Shown: one piece after another, positions 27,754 through 38,120 of the stretch
How positions within the stretch are numbered: the first letter of the stretch is position 1
Layout: each line of letters starts with the position of its first letter
Source: an uncultured Chitinophagales bacterium
Lineage (GTDB): Bacteria > Bacteroidota > Bacteroidia > Chitinophagales > BACL12
Assembly: GCA_964429745.1 (NCBI GenBank)
Contig: CAYSDI010000009.1
Location: 1-57,624 of the forward strand
Direction of reading: 5' to 3'
DNA: 57,624 nucleotides
Translations under genes and position numbers: made by a program
The notes under the pieces: model-generated
Database searches by the model: none
Told to the model about the DNA's origin: nothing
The model's input: only the letters and a program-made list of their open reading frames with translations

Positions 27754-29040
27754 CTAACGTCCTGAAAAGCGCAGAATCCAGGCGTCGTTTTGATTGAAGG
27801 TTATGCGCAACGAATCTAATTTATTGGTAGCAGTTGTTTTGTCCACATCCACAAACATGCCGGCGCGGTAATTGCCGTTTTCTCCAAAAAGTACGGCCCG
27901 CTGGCCGACCGGTACCTGGATGGCCCGAAGCCTTTTTTCCGCTTCCTTTTTAGTCGGGAAAGAGCCAACAATCAAGTAGTAACCGCTTGTCGGCGCAGTG
28001 CCTTCCGAGCTGTAGAGCATGGCCGAGTTTTCTACAGCCACGGCCGGTTTTGTTTTTTCGGGCCAAGGGGCCGGTGCATGAGCGCGGCTGTCGCTCGGCT
28101 TGCTAACTTTTTCGCCCGAGGCAACAGGATCGGGAAGGGGGCTCGGCGCGAGCGTCAATGGCTGGCTACGCGAAAGCGATTCAACGGCCGTAGGCAGGTT
28201 TTTTTGGCGCCAGGTCGCGCGCAAAGCAAGACTGTCTCGGGCAGCAATTGCGGCAGCGTAGCCGGTAGAATCTTCCATCGGCAATATGGCTATAGGGGTG
28301 ACAGACAGCAGCGTTGTTGTTGGGCCAAAAGTGGCCATCTGACGTCTTAAACTCGGAATGAGGGGGTGCAGAATAGCGGCACGCCCTTCTTCAATGACCA
28401 GTTCAGGAGGCGGAGCTAACCACCTGGCCAGGCTGGTTGATTCCAGTGCAAAACCGCTCAACAAGATTTGCCAAACGCCAAAACATACCAACACAGCGGC
28501 AGCCGCCCACCACCAGGCTTGTTTTGGCCAGCGCTCCCCGAAAGGAACAACCGTTTCGCGTCCATCATCTTCTTCTGCGAGTTCTTTGGGTGATAGGGGG
28601 GGGGGAACACGGGAGCCGCCAGTGGCGAGTGGCTGCACCTTAAGAACTTGCAGTCCATAGGATTCCTCCAGAAAATTCTCGCGCTCTTCAGGGAGGAAGC
28701 GAATTTTTGTGTCCTCCTCCAAGAGCAGTTTGCCTACACCAGGAAAGCGAAGTGTTCGGTCGCGGGTTAGGCGTTGATGGCAGCGCTCCGAAAATTGTCG
28801 CACCAGTTCTTCGGCGACCGCGTATGAAACGGATTCGGTTTCTGCTAAACTATGTGCGAGGAGGCCATCGTTGCGCTCTAATCTCGGGTTGAATGCAATA
28901 GCCTTATCCGGGGGATAGAACTCCCCTGTGCCCGCGTGCATGCGGGCTGATCGGTACTCCGTGACAAAACCGCCTAGCCCTGGGACAATGACGCAATTGT
29001 GCCGGTAGAGCAGGTGTCCAATAAAGGGTAACAGGTCCAC
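27754..29040 (-). CDS. HU-CCDC81-like N-terminal domain / TM / C-terminal SPOR-domain protein
   Basis: 428 aa. The N-terminus is MDLLPFIGHLLYRHNCVIVPGLGGFV. There is a central TM segment, WWWAAAAVLVCFGVWQILLSGF. The C-terminus YYLIVGSFPTKKEAEKRL...GNYRAGMFV is SPOR-like. Confidence 0.8.
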   Translation of the reverse strand: MDLLPFIGHLLYRHNCVIVPGLGGFVTEYRSARMHAGTGEFYPPDKAIAFNPRLERNDGLLAHSLAETESVSYAVAEELVRQFSERCHQRLTRDRTLRFPGVGKLLLEEDTKIRFLPEERENFLEESYGLQVLKVQPLATGGSRVPPPLSPKELAEEDDGRETVVPFGERWPKQAWWWAAAAVLVCFGVWQILLSGFALESTSLARWLAPPPELVIEEGRAAILHPLIPSLRRQMATFGPTTTLLSVTPIAILPMEDSTGYAAAIAARDSLALRATWRQKNLPTAVESLSRSQPLTLAPSPLPDPVASGEKVSKPSDSRAHAPAPWPEKTKPAVAVENSAMLYSSEGTAPTSGYYLIVGSFPTKKEAEKRLRAIQVPVGQRAVLFGENGNYRAGMFVDVDKTTATNKLDSLRITFNQNDAWILRFSGR

Positions 29041-29061
29041 TTAGGACACGAAGAACGGAAA

Positions 29062-30690
29062 TCAGAAGGAGAACTGAAGCCCAGCCATGAAGCGAAAACC
29101 GTAACTCGGGTATAAATAATAACGCTGGTGTTTAAAACTTGCCAAGTTATTAACATCTGCCCATGCTGTGAAGTACTTATTGACTGCGTAGGTGGCACCG
29201 AGATTAATGTCGGCCGTTCCTTTGAGTTTGGTTTCCGAACCATCGGGCATTTTTGCCCAAGTTGGCCCCATGCCTAAAATATCGGCTTTCAGGTGCAGTT
29301 TTTCGGTGGCTTTGTAGCGCCCGCCTAAGTTCCAGAGCAATCCTGGTTCATGCCAGGCGCGAGCCTGATCGCCAGTTTCCGAAAAATTGCGCAAATCCAG
29401 ACTCGCAAAAGCGCGGTATCGCTCGCCACCCTGGTAACTAACTTCAGCATGGGCCACCCATAGGGTCACATCCTCATAGAGCACTTGAAACCTGCGGGTA
29501 TCCGCAGTATCGTTGACAAAAAGAGCGAAGTCGTTAATCGGCTTTTGCGAAAGCTTGACCTCATAACCGATTCGTCCCTCGTACTCACCGCGAACGCCAG
29601 CATAGCGATCTTCAACACGGCTGTTCCGAAACCCAATAGAATCAGCCAGAAATGGATTTGCATCGGTAAGAGTACGCCAGGAATTGGTTTGAAGCCGCAT
29701 GTTCCATCCGGCAAAAAAGACCAGCTCTTTGTCGAGCAACTTGGCGTTGAATTCCAAATCTGGAAAGAGGAGGAATCGCCCAGTATCGGTTGCCACTTCA
29801 AGCCCCGCCAGGATAAAGAAGTCGTCGCGGTTAAAGGCATAGCCGGGTCTGAAACGGAACATTCCCCGGTTGCGTTCCAGCGGGCCCCGATAGACCAGGC
29901 CTTCAAAACCGGTGAACAATCTGATTTCGTCTTTAGAAGCCAAGGGATAGCGGAAAACCGTTTCAACAAAGGGTCGGGTTTCCCGACCGTCGAAAACATC
30001 TGCCTGTGTTTGAATACCGCCTTTCAGCCCAAACTCGAGCCCAAGATCGTTGGTTTGGGAATTAGCTACCTCCAGCACGGCTCCGGTGCGCAGGAAGCGC
30101 TGCCGAACGTCCTCTCGTTGAAAACTTGTGTCTTCTTCGTTATAGCCGTAAAAGAAAACTGATTCGCTTTGCACTTCGCCGTCGAAGCCCAACACCACCG
30201 GCCCTAAAAAGTACTTGCCAAAAAGTGCGCCTCCGGCCTGGGTGTAGCGCTGGTTTTCGCGAGCGCCATTTGAAGAGGTGTACCCGCCACGAAAACCGTA
30301 GTTGAATTTCTCTGAACGCCCGGAACTATACGCGGCTTCTACCAAAGGCGAAAACTGAGTGCCGAAGCCCAATTTGGCGAAAAGATTGGGAAGGGGCTGC
30401 AAAGTCGGTTTGCCCAATGCGACCGGCTTAACCACTGGTGCTTGCCAGGGAATCGGCCGCAGGTAGAGCGGAACCTGATAGTTCTGCACTTCCAGCGATT
30501 TGTTTTCCGTTTCAGGAAGGGAAGGCGAAGGGTTTACTTTGACCGCATCCGCAAGGTGCGGCTTGTAGGTACCTACCACCGTTATTTCCTCTTGTTCCAG
30601 GTCAGTGCCTGGACTAGCCTGACCAAAAGTAAAGTTGTACCCGCCCAGCAAAACAGCTAAGCTGACAACCAATGTTTGGGATGTCGTCAT
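29062..30690 (-). CDS. Outer-membrane beta-barrel protein (putative-porin-like), function unknown
   Basis: 542 aa. It has a signal peptide (LAVLLGGYNFTFGQA), alternating amphipathic strands throughout, and the C-terminal GLQFSF ending in an aromatic residue. It starts 2 nt after the TPR gene stop. Confidence 0.65.
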   Translation of the reverse strand: MTTSQTLVVSLAVLLGGYNFTFGQASPGTDLEQEEITVVGTYKPHLADAVKVNPSPSLPETENKSLEVQNYQVPLYLRPIPWQAPVVKPVALGKPTLQPLPNLFAKLGFGTQFSPLVEAAYSSGRSEKFNYGFRGGYTSSNGARENQRYTQAGGALFGKYFLGPVVLGFDGEVQSESVFFYGYNEEDTSFQREDVRQRFLRTGAVLEVANSQTNDLGLEFGLKGGIQTQADVFDGRETRPFVETVFRYPLASKDEIRLFTGFEGLVYRGPLERNRGMFRFRPGYAFNRDDFFILAGLEVATDTGRFLLFPDLEFNAKLLDKELVFFAGWNMRLQTNSWRTLTDANPFLADSIGFRNSRVEDRYAGVRGEYEGRIGYEVKLSQKPINDFALFVNDTADTRRFQVLYEDVTLWVAHAEVSYQGGERYRAFASLDLRNFSETGDQARAWHEPGLLWNLGGRYKATEKLHLKADILGMGPTWAKMPDGSETKLKGTADINLGATYAVNKYFTAWADVNNLASFKHQRYYLYPSYGFRFMAGLQFSF

Positions 30691-30692
30691 GC

Positions 30693-33600
30693 TCAGGGGT
30701 TTTTGTTGTTTTCCAGGGTGGGGAGGGCTGGATCACTTTCCAGGAATTCCAACTCGTTGCTTTCACCCAGGCGGGACCGCGAGCGTTCGATGGCATCGAT
30801 CTCGCGAAGTTTTTGCCTCGCTTCCGCCAATAGCGCGTCGTTGCCGCTGTAATTGTCGATGATGCTGCTTAAAGCGGCGCGGGCCTGAACAAACTGTTCT
30901 TCTTCGCGCAACACATCAGCCACCAACAAATAACTGCGAATGACCCATTCTTCGTACGAGGTGCTTTGGATCAGGTCAAGGCAACTGTTCTTAGCTTTTT
31001 CATAGTCACCGCGCTCAAATTCCAACCTTGCCCGAAGGTAACTGGATTCTGCGCCAAAGGCGTTTGACGAAGCGCGGCTCACCTGACCAAAAAGGTTGTA
31101 AGCTTCGTTGTTTTTTGAAAGCGCCAGATAGGATTTACCGGCATAGTAATTGGCTTCTACACGCTCTTCTCCGGATGCTTCCGGAGACTCTGCCCAACTT
31201 GCGCCGAATCGAATGGCCTCCGCATAGTTACCCAGCGAATAGTGGGCGCGCACCAGACCTTTCAACGCTTCGTAGGCATTTCCCTTGAACTCTGCACCGG
31301 CATACAGTTGCCCGTACCAGATTGCCGCCTTTTCAAACTCCTGGGTTTCAAAAAATGCGATGCGCGCAGCTTTTAACAAGGCGGTTTCCGTAAATCGGCT
31401 GTGTTTTTGTTTGAGCACATGCTCGTAGTCGGGTAATGCTTCGCGATAAGCCGCGTCCTTGTAGCGGCATTCGCCGCGGTAGAAATGCGCCGGGTCCGCA
31501 AAAAAGCCATTGGAAAATTCGTCCAGGTAGCGGTTAAACCCTGGAAGGGCAGAAGCACAATCCCCGGTTAAGTATCGTTGGTAAGCGGAATTCCAGGTAA
31601 CAGAATCGCGCTCCGCCGCCGAAACACCAGCCATTTGCGTATACAATTCGGGACGAGATGTTTCTACCGAGATGTCTCGAATGCCCGTGAGGGCTTCGCG
31701 GCCCTCTGGAGAACCTTTGTAGTCGCGCGCAACCTGCTGGTAGTATTGCAAAGCCTGTTCATAGCGCTGAGCGTTGTAGGCCAGGAGGGCCTGTTTTAAC
31801 ATGGCCTTAGAAGTGAAGGGTCCATTGGGGTACTTCTGCAGCAGGCGATCAAAAGAAGCTTGGGCAGCGCTGGAGTTGCCCAAAGACAGGTGCGTGTTGC
31901 CGTTTTCGTAAAGCGCGTCATCGTGGTAGGCCGACTGCGGATAATCGTTGACCAGCGCCTGCATCAGGCGCGTTTTCTCGTTGAAATTGCCCTGCAATCC
32001 CTGAACAATAGCCCGTTGGAAAAGTGCGTAGTCTGTGCCCGGCCATTTGCCGTCAATAATTTTTTTGTATTCCCGATCTGCCTTGGGATAATCCTTCAAC
32101 ATGAAGTAACAATCGCCCAGTCGAAGGGTGGCATCGGTGGCCATTTGGCGTTTGGCCGGGTCTTCTGACGTCGGTTTCCAGCTCTCCAAAACCTTGGAAA
32201 AATGCCCGGCTGCAGGACCGTACCGATCCTGTTCAAGTGAAGCATAACCTAACGTATAATAGGCCGATGGAAGGCTGGCATTACCGGGAAGGTCTGTATT
32301 CTTTCCTGCCTTTTGCAAAAAGTCAGTCAGCAGGCGATTGCTTTCAGCATATTGTTTCTTACGGAAGGCAATTTCGCCCAACCAATACAACGCTGATGCG
32401 TCGAGTTTTGGCTCCGTGGGGTAAGAGCGGCTGAGCACAAAAAACTGAGCAGCACCCTCCAAATCCTGATCATTGTAACGCTCCACTCCCTGGTAAAATG
32501 CCGCTTTTTGATACGCCGCGCGCAACCCTGGTCCTTTGTTTGGAATTTCTTCCAGCACTTGAAGGGCAAGCGCATAATCGCGGGTTCTTAAGATGGCTTC
32601 CGCCAGGAGCACTTGCGCTTCTTCGCTGCGATCAGAAGCGGGATACTCTTTCACATACCCGCGCAGCGCCTCAATAGCCACCGCCTGGTAGTCTAACTCG
32701 TAGGAGAGCTTTCCGAAAAGAAAGGCGGACTCGCGGGTCAACTCCGGATTGGCGCTGCTTCGGGATGCCTCCTGGAACGAGGAACGGGCTGCTTCCTTGT
32801 TCCCTAATTTGAGCAGCGCATCGCCCGAAAGGTAAAGGGCTTGCTGCGCAAGTGTGTCCGTTGCGGTGTTCAGTTGCGCGAAATTGTCTACTGCCTCCTG
32901 GTACAAACCTGCGCGGTACTGCGCCACACCCAACTGGAAATAGTCTTCCGGTCTTAGTTTTCGCGCCTTGTCCACGTAGTACTGCAAGTAGGGAAGGGCT
33001 TTTTCGTGTTCGCCCAAGGCGTAGTAAGCCTGGCCAATGACTTGATGCAATTCCACATCATATTGAATCTTACGGTCGCCAATGAGCGGGCTCGCATAAT
33101 CAATGGCCAGTTGATAATCGCCGCGAGCAAAATAAACCTGCGCAATGTAGTAGGGCACTACTTTTTCATAGGCGGAACTCAGTGCGGCTACTTCAAAAGC
33201 CGCCAGCGCTTCTTCATATTCTCCGTCCGCTAAAGCGATGTAACCGTAATAGTAGTTCGAAGGGTAGTAGTACTCTGAATCGCCTTCACGGACTTGCGCA
33301 AAGAGGGGCTTTGCTTCGTCTAAGAGTTTGCGGCTAAAGTAGCAGTACCCCAGTTGGAAGGCGTAGTTCATCCGGTCTGCCGGTTCCAAATCACCCGGCT
33401 GAACTTTCGAAAACCAGTCGAGCGCATCACGGTATTCCTTCTCCCGAAAATAATAGCGACCCAACTGGTAATAGGCCAATTGTTTACGCGGGTGTTCGGG
33501 GTATTCGGCGGCAAATTGCTGCAGCAGCATTTCCGCATCCGGATTGTACAACTCTACGGCACAAACCGCTTCATAATAGGCGGCATTGACCTGGTATTGG

Positions 33601-33815
33601 TAAACCTGATCTTGTCCCACAGGCCGGCTTTGTTGCCGAACTTCAGCAAAGGCACTGGCAGCCGCAGCATATTGTTTTAACTGGAAGAGGTCTTCTGCCT
33701 GGCGATACAGGGCATAGGTATCTTCAAAGTACAAATTGCGCTGAGCGACGGCCGTTGAGCCGGACAAAACCACCAGAGCGGTTGTCAGCAAAAAGCAGCA
33801 AGAGAGAATGCGCAT
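30693..33815 (-). CDS. Large secreted tetratricopeptide-repeat protein
   Basis: About 1040 aa from the ATG at 33815 (MRILSCCFLLTTALVVLSGSTAVAQ, a type-I signal peptide with no lipobox). There are more than 15 TPR-like units, for example YYQLGRYYFREKEYRDALDWF and YYIAQVYFARGDYQLAIDY. Confidence 0.8.
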   Translation of the reverse strand: MRILSCCFLLTTALVVLSGSTAVAQRNLYFEDTYALYRQAEDLFQLKQYAAAASAFAEVRQQSRPVGQDQVYQYQVNAAYYEAVCAVELYNPDAEMLLQQFAAEYPEHPRKQLAYYQLGRYYFREKEYRDALDWFSKVQPGDLEPADRMNYAFQLGYCYFSRKLLDEAKPLFAQVREGDSEYYYPSNYYYGYIALADGEYEEALAAFEVAALSSAYEKVVPYYIAQVYFARGDYQLAIDYASPLIGDRKIQYDVELHQVIGQAYYALGEHEKALPYLQYYVDKARKLRPEDYFQLGVAQYRAGLYQEAVDNFAQLNTATDTLAQQALYLSGDALLKLGNKEAARSSFQEASRSSANPELTRESAFLFGKLSYELDYQAVAIEALRGYVKEYPASDRSEEAQVLLAEAILRTRDYALALQVLEEIPNKGPGLRAAYQKAAFYQGVERYNDQDLEGAAQFFVLSRSYPTEPKLDASALYWLGEIAFRKKQYAESNRLLTDFLQKAGKNTDLPGNASLPSAYYTLGYASLEQDRYGPAAGHFSKVLESWKPTSEDPAKRQMATDATLRLGDCYFMLKDYPKADREYKKIIDGKWPGTDYALFQRAIVQGLQGNFNEKTRLMQALVNDYPQSAYHDDALYENGNTHLSLGNSSAAQASFDRLLQKYPNGPFTSKAMLKQALLAYNAQRYEQALQYYQQVARDYKGSPEGREALTGIRDISVETSRPELYTQMAGVSAAERDSVTWNSAYQRYLTGDCASALPGFNRYLDEFSNGFFADPAHFYRGECRYKDAAYREALPDYEHVLKQKHSRFTETALLKAARIAFFETQEFEKAAIWYGQLYAGAEFKGNAYEALKGLVRAHYSLGNYAEAIRFGASWAESPEASGEERVEANYYAGKSYLALSKNNEAYNLFGQVSRASSNAFGAESSYLRARLEFERGDYEKAKNSCLDLIQSTSYEEWVIRSYLLVADVLREEEQFVQARAALSSIIDNYSGNDALLAEARQKLREIDAIERSRSRLGESNELEFLESDPALPTLENNKNP

Positions 33816-34082
33816 GGATGATTGACAGGCAACGATCGTACCAAAATTTCGCAAAGCAAGATGGAACGGGGGCTTGCTTAGACCCATAAACAGGATTTGC
33901 GATTTTTTATTGCCTCATGGGAGGCGGTACTCGCACCAGTCAACAAAGTTCTGCCTTCCCGCCTGCACTCGTGCTGATTGTGGCCAAGAGTCATCCACAG
34001 GCTATTGTGAATTGCCAACTCTTTTCAATCAGGAGGTCAAAAATTGGGCGTAAGCCAGAAAGTAAGGTTTTAGCGATGCCCT

Positions 34083-36362
34083 TTAGAATTCGAAGGAAAC
34101 GGTTAAACTGGGCAGGACAGGCAACTGATTGACTCTTTCAGCGCGAACACGATCGAAATAGAAGATGTTCTCCCGGTCATAAACATTGGAGACGCTTAAG
34201 GTGGTCTCCAGGCGATTCTCGTTCAAGAAATTCCAGGTTTTCTTGGCGCTGAGGTCCAGGCGGTGGTAGTAAGGGAGTCGGCCTCCGTTGAGTTCGTCGT
34301 CGTTGTAAATGATTCCCAGCGTTCCGTTTTGCGTGGTGTAGTCCGTGCCGATGCCATCCTGAAGATCGACGGATTCGTAAAAACCGGAAGTTTGGGTAAA
34401 GGGAAATCCGGAGCCGAGGTTCCATCGGGCACCGAGCTCAAAATCCTTTTTGTCGCCAATCACATAGCTCAAGACAATGTTAGCATTGTGGCGGCGATCA
34501 TAGTGGGGTGGGTAGGTTTGTTCCCCGTCAAAGCGCGTAACCTTGGAAATGGAATACGCCACCCAAGCATACCAGCGCCGGCGCTCATACTTGGCCAGGA
34601 AGTCAATACCAAAGGCATCACCGTTCTCCGTGGCAAAATCCGGGTCGTTCGGGAATAGTTTTTGCCGGTTAATGTTAATAAGCTGCGTAAAGCGCTTTAG
34701 GTAGGGTTCCACTGTGAGTTCCAGGTTGTCGGTGGCATCCACCTCTACACCACCGACCACGTGCCAGGCTTTTTGAAGTCGGTGGCTGTCTTCGCTGCGA
34801 TCCGGCGTTTCAATAGCCTCATCCGGACCTGATAGAAAACCGTTGAAAAGGTTCACCACATCGCGGTCAGAGCGCGTATCGATCAGGTTTTGGCTGTAAA
34901 AACCCCCGGCAAATTTGATCCTGACCCGATTCGTAGCATTGTACTTCAAGCCCAACCTCGGTTCCGGCGACGCTGTTCCCAGCGAAGAATAATACTGGAT
35001 TCGAAGGCTCGGTTCCAAAACAAACTTGCGGTTGAAAACTTTGCGGTACTTCACGAACGCCCCCAGCTCGGTGGTGAACTGATTCTGCTGGTATTCGACG
35101 CCGATAGCGTTGAAAAAACTGAAATCCGTTTCGAACCCATCAATAGAGAACCCAAATTTCACGTCTCCGTCCGGCACGAAGTACGTAAAGTCAACCCCGA
35201 GATTGAATCCGTTTACCGCGCTATTGCGCGGCTTCTCATCGGCTTCGCGGAAATTAATGTCATAACCCGAGTAGGCGAAAATGCCTTCGATTAGCACGTT
35301 TGAGTTACCCGGAACCACCACGAAATTGGAACCGAAACCAAACGAATTCCAAGCGTAAGTGGTCACATCAGCAAAATTCACCGAGTCACGGAAATTGAAC
35401 CCGAACAGGCTGAATTTGCTGCCTCCGTCGCTGTTGAACGAAACCTTTCCATAGAGATCCAGGAACGAAAACGGAATGCCCTGGCCGTCGTTGACGTACT
35501 CGTAAAGCGTTGGGCTGGTGCGGTTTAGATAGGAATTCTTGGCGGTAAAAACAAAGGACGAACTGCCCCCGCCGGTTTTGCGCAATTTCTGCAGCGGGCC
35601 TTCGAGCAGCACCTTTCCCAAAAACGGTGAAGCGGAAACCTTGCCGTGGTACCCGGTGCGGCTGCCGTCGCGCGTTGTGATGTCCACAATGGCCGAAATT
35701 CGGTTGCCGTACTCGGCGTTAAAGCCACCCGTCAGGACTTCGACGTTGCGAATTATGTCAGTTTCAAAGACCGAGAACAGGCCGATGGAGTGAAAGGGGT
35801 TGTAAATGACCATGCCATCCAGCAGCACTTTATTGTGGATCGGTGCACCACCCCGGATGTACAATTGACCACCCTGATCCCCGGTGAAAATCACCCCCGG
35901 CAACACTTGCAAGTACTGCGCCAGGTCGGGCTCACCGCCCACAGAGGGCAGCGCCTTAATTTGCTTGGGCGTAACGGTTACCGTTGAGATCTGGACCTCC
36001 TCGTACTTTTCCTGTGTCTTGCTGGTAACCGTCACCTCCTTGAGTCTGATGTCGCTTTTGACCAGGTAAAGTTTAAGATTAACGATAGGGTTGCCTTTTG
36101 CCATGACCGCCGGCTCGCTGAGCGTGTCGTACTCAATGTTGGTGACCAGCACGTTGTACTCGCCTTCCGGAACATTGGAAATGGAAAAAAAACCGTTGTC
36201 GTCGGTTGCCGCTCCCATCGTGGTGCCCTTCAAAATGACGTTCGTAAAAATGACGGGCTCACCAGAAGCTTCCTCATATACGAAGCCCCTTATGGTTCCA
36301 TTCTGAGCCAACACGGAAAATGCAGAGAAGCAGAACACCGTCAAGGCCACAGGAATACGCAT
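34083..36362 (-). CDS. TonB-dependent receptor with N-terminal carboxypeptidase-regulatory-like domain
   Basis: 759 aa. The CarbopepD_reg-like part reads GTIRGFVYEEASGEPV...DDNGFFSISNVPEGEYNV. The plug reads LQVLPGVIF...LYIRGG...VLLDGMVIYNP. It has a long barrel and a C-terminal SFEF. Confidence 0.85.
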   Translation of the reverse strand: MRIPVALTVFCFSAFSVLAQNGTIRGFVYEEASGEPVIFTNVILKGTTMGAATDDNGFFSISNVPEGEYNVLVTNIEYDTLSEPAVMAKGNPIVNLKLYLVKSDIRLKEVTVTSKTQEKYEEVQISTVTVTPKQIKALPSVGGEPDLAQYLQVLPGVIFTGDQGGQLYIRGGAPIHNKVLLDGMVIYNPFHSIGLFSVFETDIIRNVEVLTGGFNAEYGNRISAIVDITTRDGSRTGYHGKVSASPFLGKVLLEGPLQKLRKTGGGSSSFVFTAKNSYLNRTSPTLYEYVNDGQGIPFSFLDLYGKVSFNSDGGSKFSLFGFNFRDSVNFADVTTYAWNSFGFGSNFVVVPGNSNVLIEGIFAYSGYDINFREADEKPRNSAVNGFNLGVDFTYFVPDGDVKFGFSIDGFETDFSFFNAIGVEYQQNQFTTELGAFVKYRKVFNRKFVLEPSLRIQYYSSLGTASPEPRLGLKYNATNRVRIKFAGGFYSQNLIDTRSDRDVVNLFNGFLSGPDEAIETPDRSEDSHRLQKAWHVVGGVEVDATDNLELTVEPYLKRFTQLININRQKLFPNDPDFATENGDAFGIDFLAKYERRRWYAWVAYSISKVTRFDGEQTYPPHYDRRHNANIVLSYVIGDKKDFELGARWNLGSGFPFTQTSGFYESVDLQDGIGTDYTTQNGTLGIIYNDDELNGGRLPYYHRLDLSAKKTWNFLNENRLETTLSVSNVYDRENIFYFDRVRAERVNQLPVLPSLTVSFEF

Positions 36363-36481
36363 AAGAGATTAAAATTAAGGCGGGGGAATGGCCTGGTTTA
36401 ACAGGCGCGACGGTCCGGGATAAATATGACGGGGGGGTGACGGCACAACGCCCTGTGCTGGCCAAAAGTAAAACACCAGCG

Positions 36482-37672
36482 TTAGCCAACCACTTCTGCA
36501 ACGAGGCTGGCGGCTTCGCGCAATAAGATCGCTGACCGCACTTTTAAGCCACTTTCATCAATGATCTTTTTGGCTTCCTCCGCGTTGGTACCCTGGAGCC
36601 GGACAATGATGGGCACTTTGACTTCTCCGATGTTGCGGTACGCGTCGACAACACCCTGGGCCACCCGGTCACAGCGCACGATGCCGCCGAAGATGTTGAT
36701 GAGAATGGCCTTGACGTTGGGGTCTTTTAAAATAATGCGGAAACCCGCTTCTACCGTTTGAGCGCTGGCGGTGCCCCCAACGTCCAGAAAGTTTGCCGGC
36801 TCTCCACCGCTTAGCTTGATAATGTCCATGGTAGCCATGGCCAGGCCGGCACCGTTGACCATGCAGCCTACGTTGCCATCGAGCTTGATGAAGTTGAGGT
36901 TGAACTTACCGGCTTCCACTTCAGCCGGATCTTCTTCGTCCAAATCGCGCAGGGCTGCCAAATCCGCATGCCGGTAAAGAGCGTTATCATCGATGGCCAC
37001 CTTGCTGTCAACGGCCAAAATTTTGTCGTCAGAGGTTTTTAACACCGGATTGATTTCAAACAAGCTGGCATCTGAGCTCCGGTAAGCCTCGTACAGCGCG
37101 GTGACAAAATGCGTCATTTCCTTATAGGCATTGCCGGATAAGCCCAACCCAAAGGCGATGTTGCGCGCCTGAAAGGGCAGGAGCGGACCGCTTCCGTCTA
37201 CAAATTCGCGGAAGATCTTCTCAGGTGTTTTTTCGGCGACTTGTTCAATGTCCATGCCGCCCTCTGGCGAGTAAACCACCACATTTCGCCCGGAATTCCT
37301 ATCCAGGAGCACGCTCATGTAGTATTCTTCCGTCTGGGAAGCGCCAGGATAATAAACATCTTGGGTAATCAGCACTTTGCGGACCAGTTTGCCCTCTGGA
37401 CCGGTTTGAGGCGTGATAAGCGTCATCCCCAGGATTTGGCCAGCTATTTGTCGGACGTCTTCCAGCGACTTTGCGAGTTTTACGCCTCCGCCCTTGCCCC
37501 GGCCACCGGCATGGATTTGAGCCTTGACAACCCACCAGGATGTACCGGTTTGTGCCTGAAGGGTTTTGGCCGCTTCTACGGCTTCCTCTGCGGTCTCTGC
37601 AGGAATGCCTTGCTGAATGGCAACGCCGAAGCGCTGTAGGAGTTCTTTACCTTGGTATTCGTGCAGGTTCAT
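36482..37672 (-). CDS. sucC: Succinate--CoA ligase (ADP-forming) beta subunit
   Basis: [12 protein letters not shown] start (ATG 37672). It has an ATP-grasp N-domain and a CoA-ligase C-domain ([28 protein letters not shown]). Confidence 0.95.
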   Translation of the reverse strand: MNLHEYQGKELLQRFGVAIQQGIPAETAEEAVEAAKTLQAQTGTSWWVVKAQIHAGGRGKGGGVKLAKSLEDVRQIAGQILGMTLITPQTGPEGKLVRKVLITQDVYYPGASQTEEYYMSVLLDRNSGRNVVVYSPEGGMDIEQVAEKTPEKIFREFVDGSGPLLPFQARNIAFGLGLSGNAYKEMTHFVTALYEAYRSSDASLFEINPVLKTSDDKILAVDSKVAIDDNALYRHADLAALRDLDEEDPAEVEAGKFNLNFIKLDGNVGCMVNGAGLAMATMDIIKLSGGEPANFLDVGGTASAQTVEAGFRIILKDPNVKAILINIFGGIVRCDRVAQGVVDAYRNIGEVKVPIIVRLQGTNAEEAKKIIDESGLKVRSAILLREAASLVAEVVG

Positions 37673-37835
37673 GTCGAATGGAGGAGTTTCTTTAAGGCCA
37701 CGAAAGTACGGAAATCCCAATTCATGACGGGATCCCGGAAGGACCAGGAGCAAGCCAAAACACAAGCGGGACCGCCCGATGGACAGCCCCGCTAAAATGA
37801 TTTACGCTTACCTGGAAGCGTTTTGCTGAGAAAGC

Positions 37836-38048
37836 TTACTTTTCTTCGCAGTTGACCGTGGTGCTCGACACAGTAGCGGCAAGTTCTTGGAGGGTTACGA
37901 ATGCATCGCGATCGTCTTTGCTGTCGGAGCAAAGCTCTGAATCAGCGGCGCCGTTTCCAAATTCGCAGACCACGCACTTCTCTCCGCAAGAGCTAAAGGT
38001 GAACGCGGCAAACAAGGCAGCAGCAGCAAACAGGCTAATCTTCTTCAT
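37836..38048 (-). CDS. Cys-rich mini-lipoprotein (70 aa), function unknown
   Basis: The internal ATG at 38048 gives MKKISLFAAAALFAAFTFSSCGEKCVVCEF... It has a classic signal peptide plus lipobox (FSSC), and the mature part contains CxxC and further Cys residues. The upstream part of the track ORF looks like non-coding read-through. Confidence 0.45.
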   Translation of the reverse strand: MKKISLFAAAALFAAFTFSSCGEKCVVCEFGNGAADSELCSDSKDDRDAFVTLQELAATVSSTTVNCEEK

Positions 38049-38120
38049 AATTGCGTTTTTTTGAGGCACCGCGCTTGAGCGCAGCGCGTAACGAATGGTC
38101 AAAAGTACGCTTATCTTACA

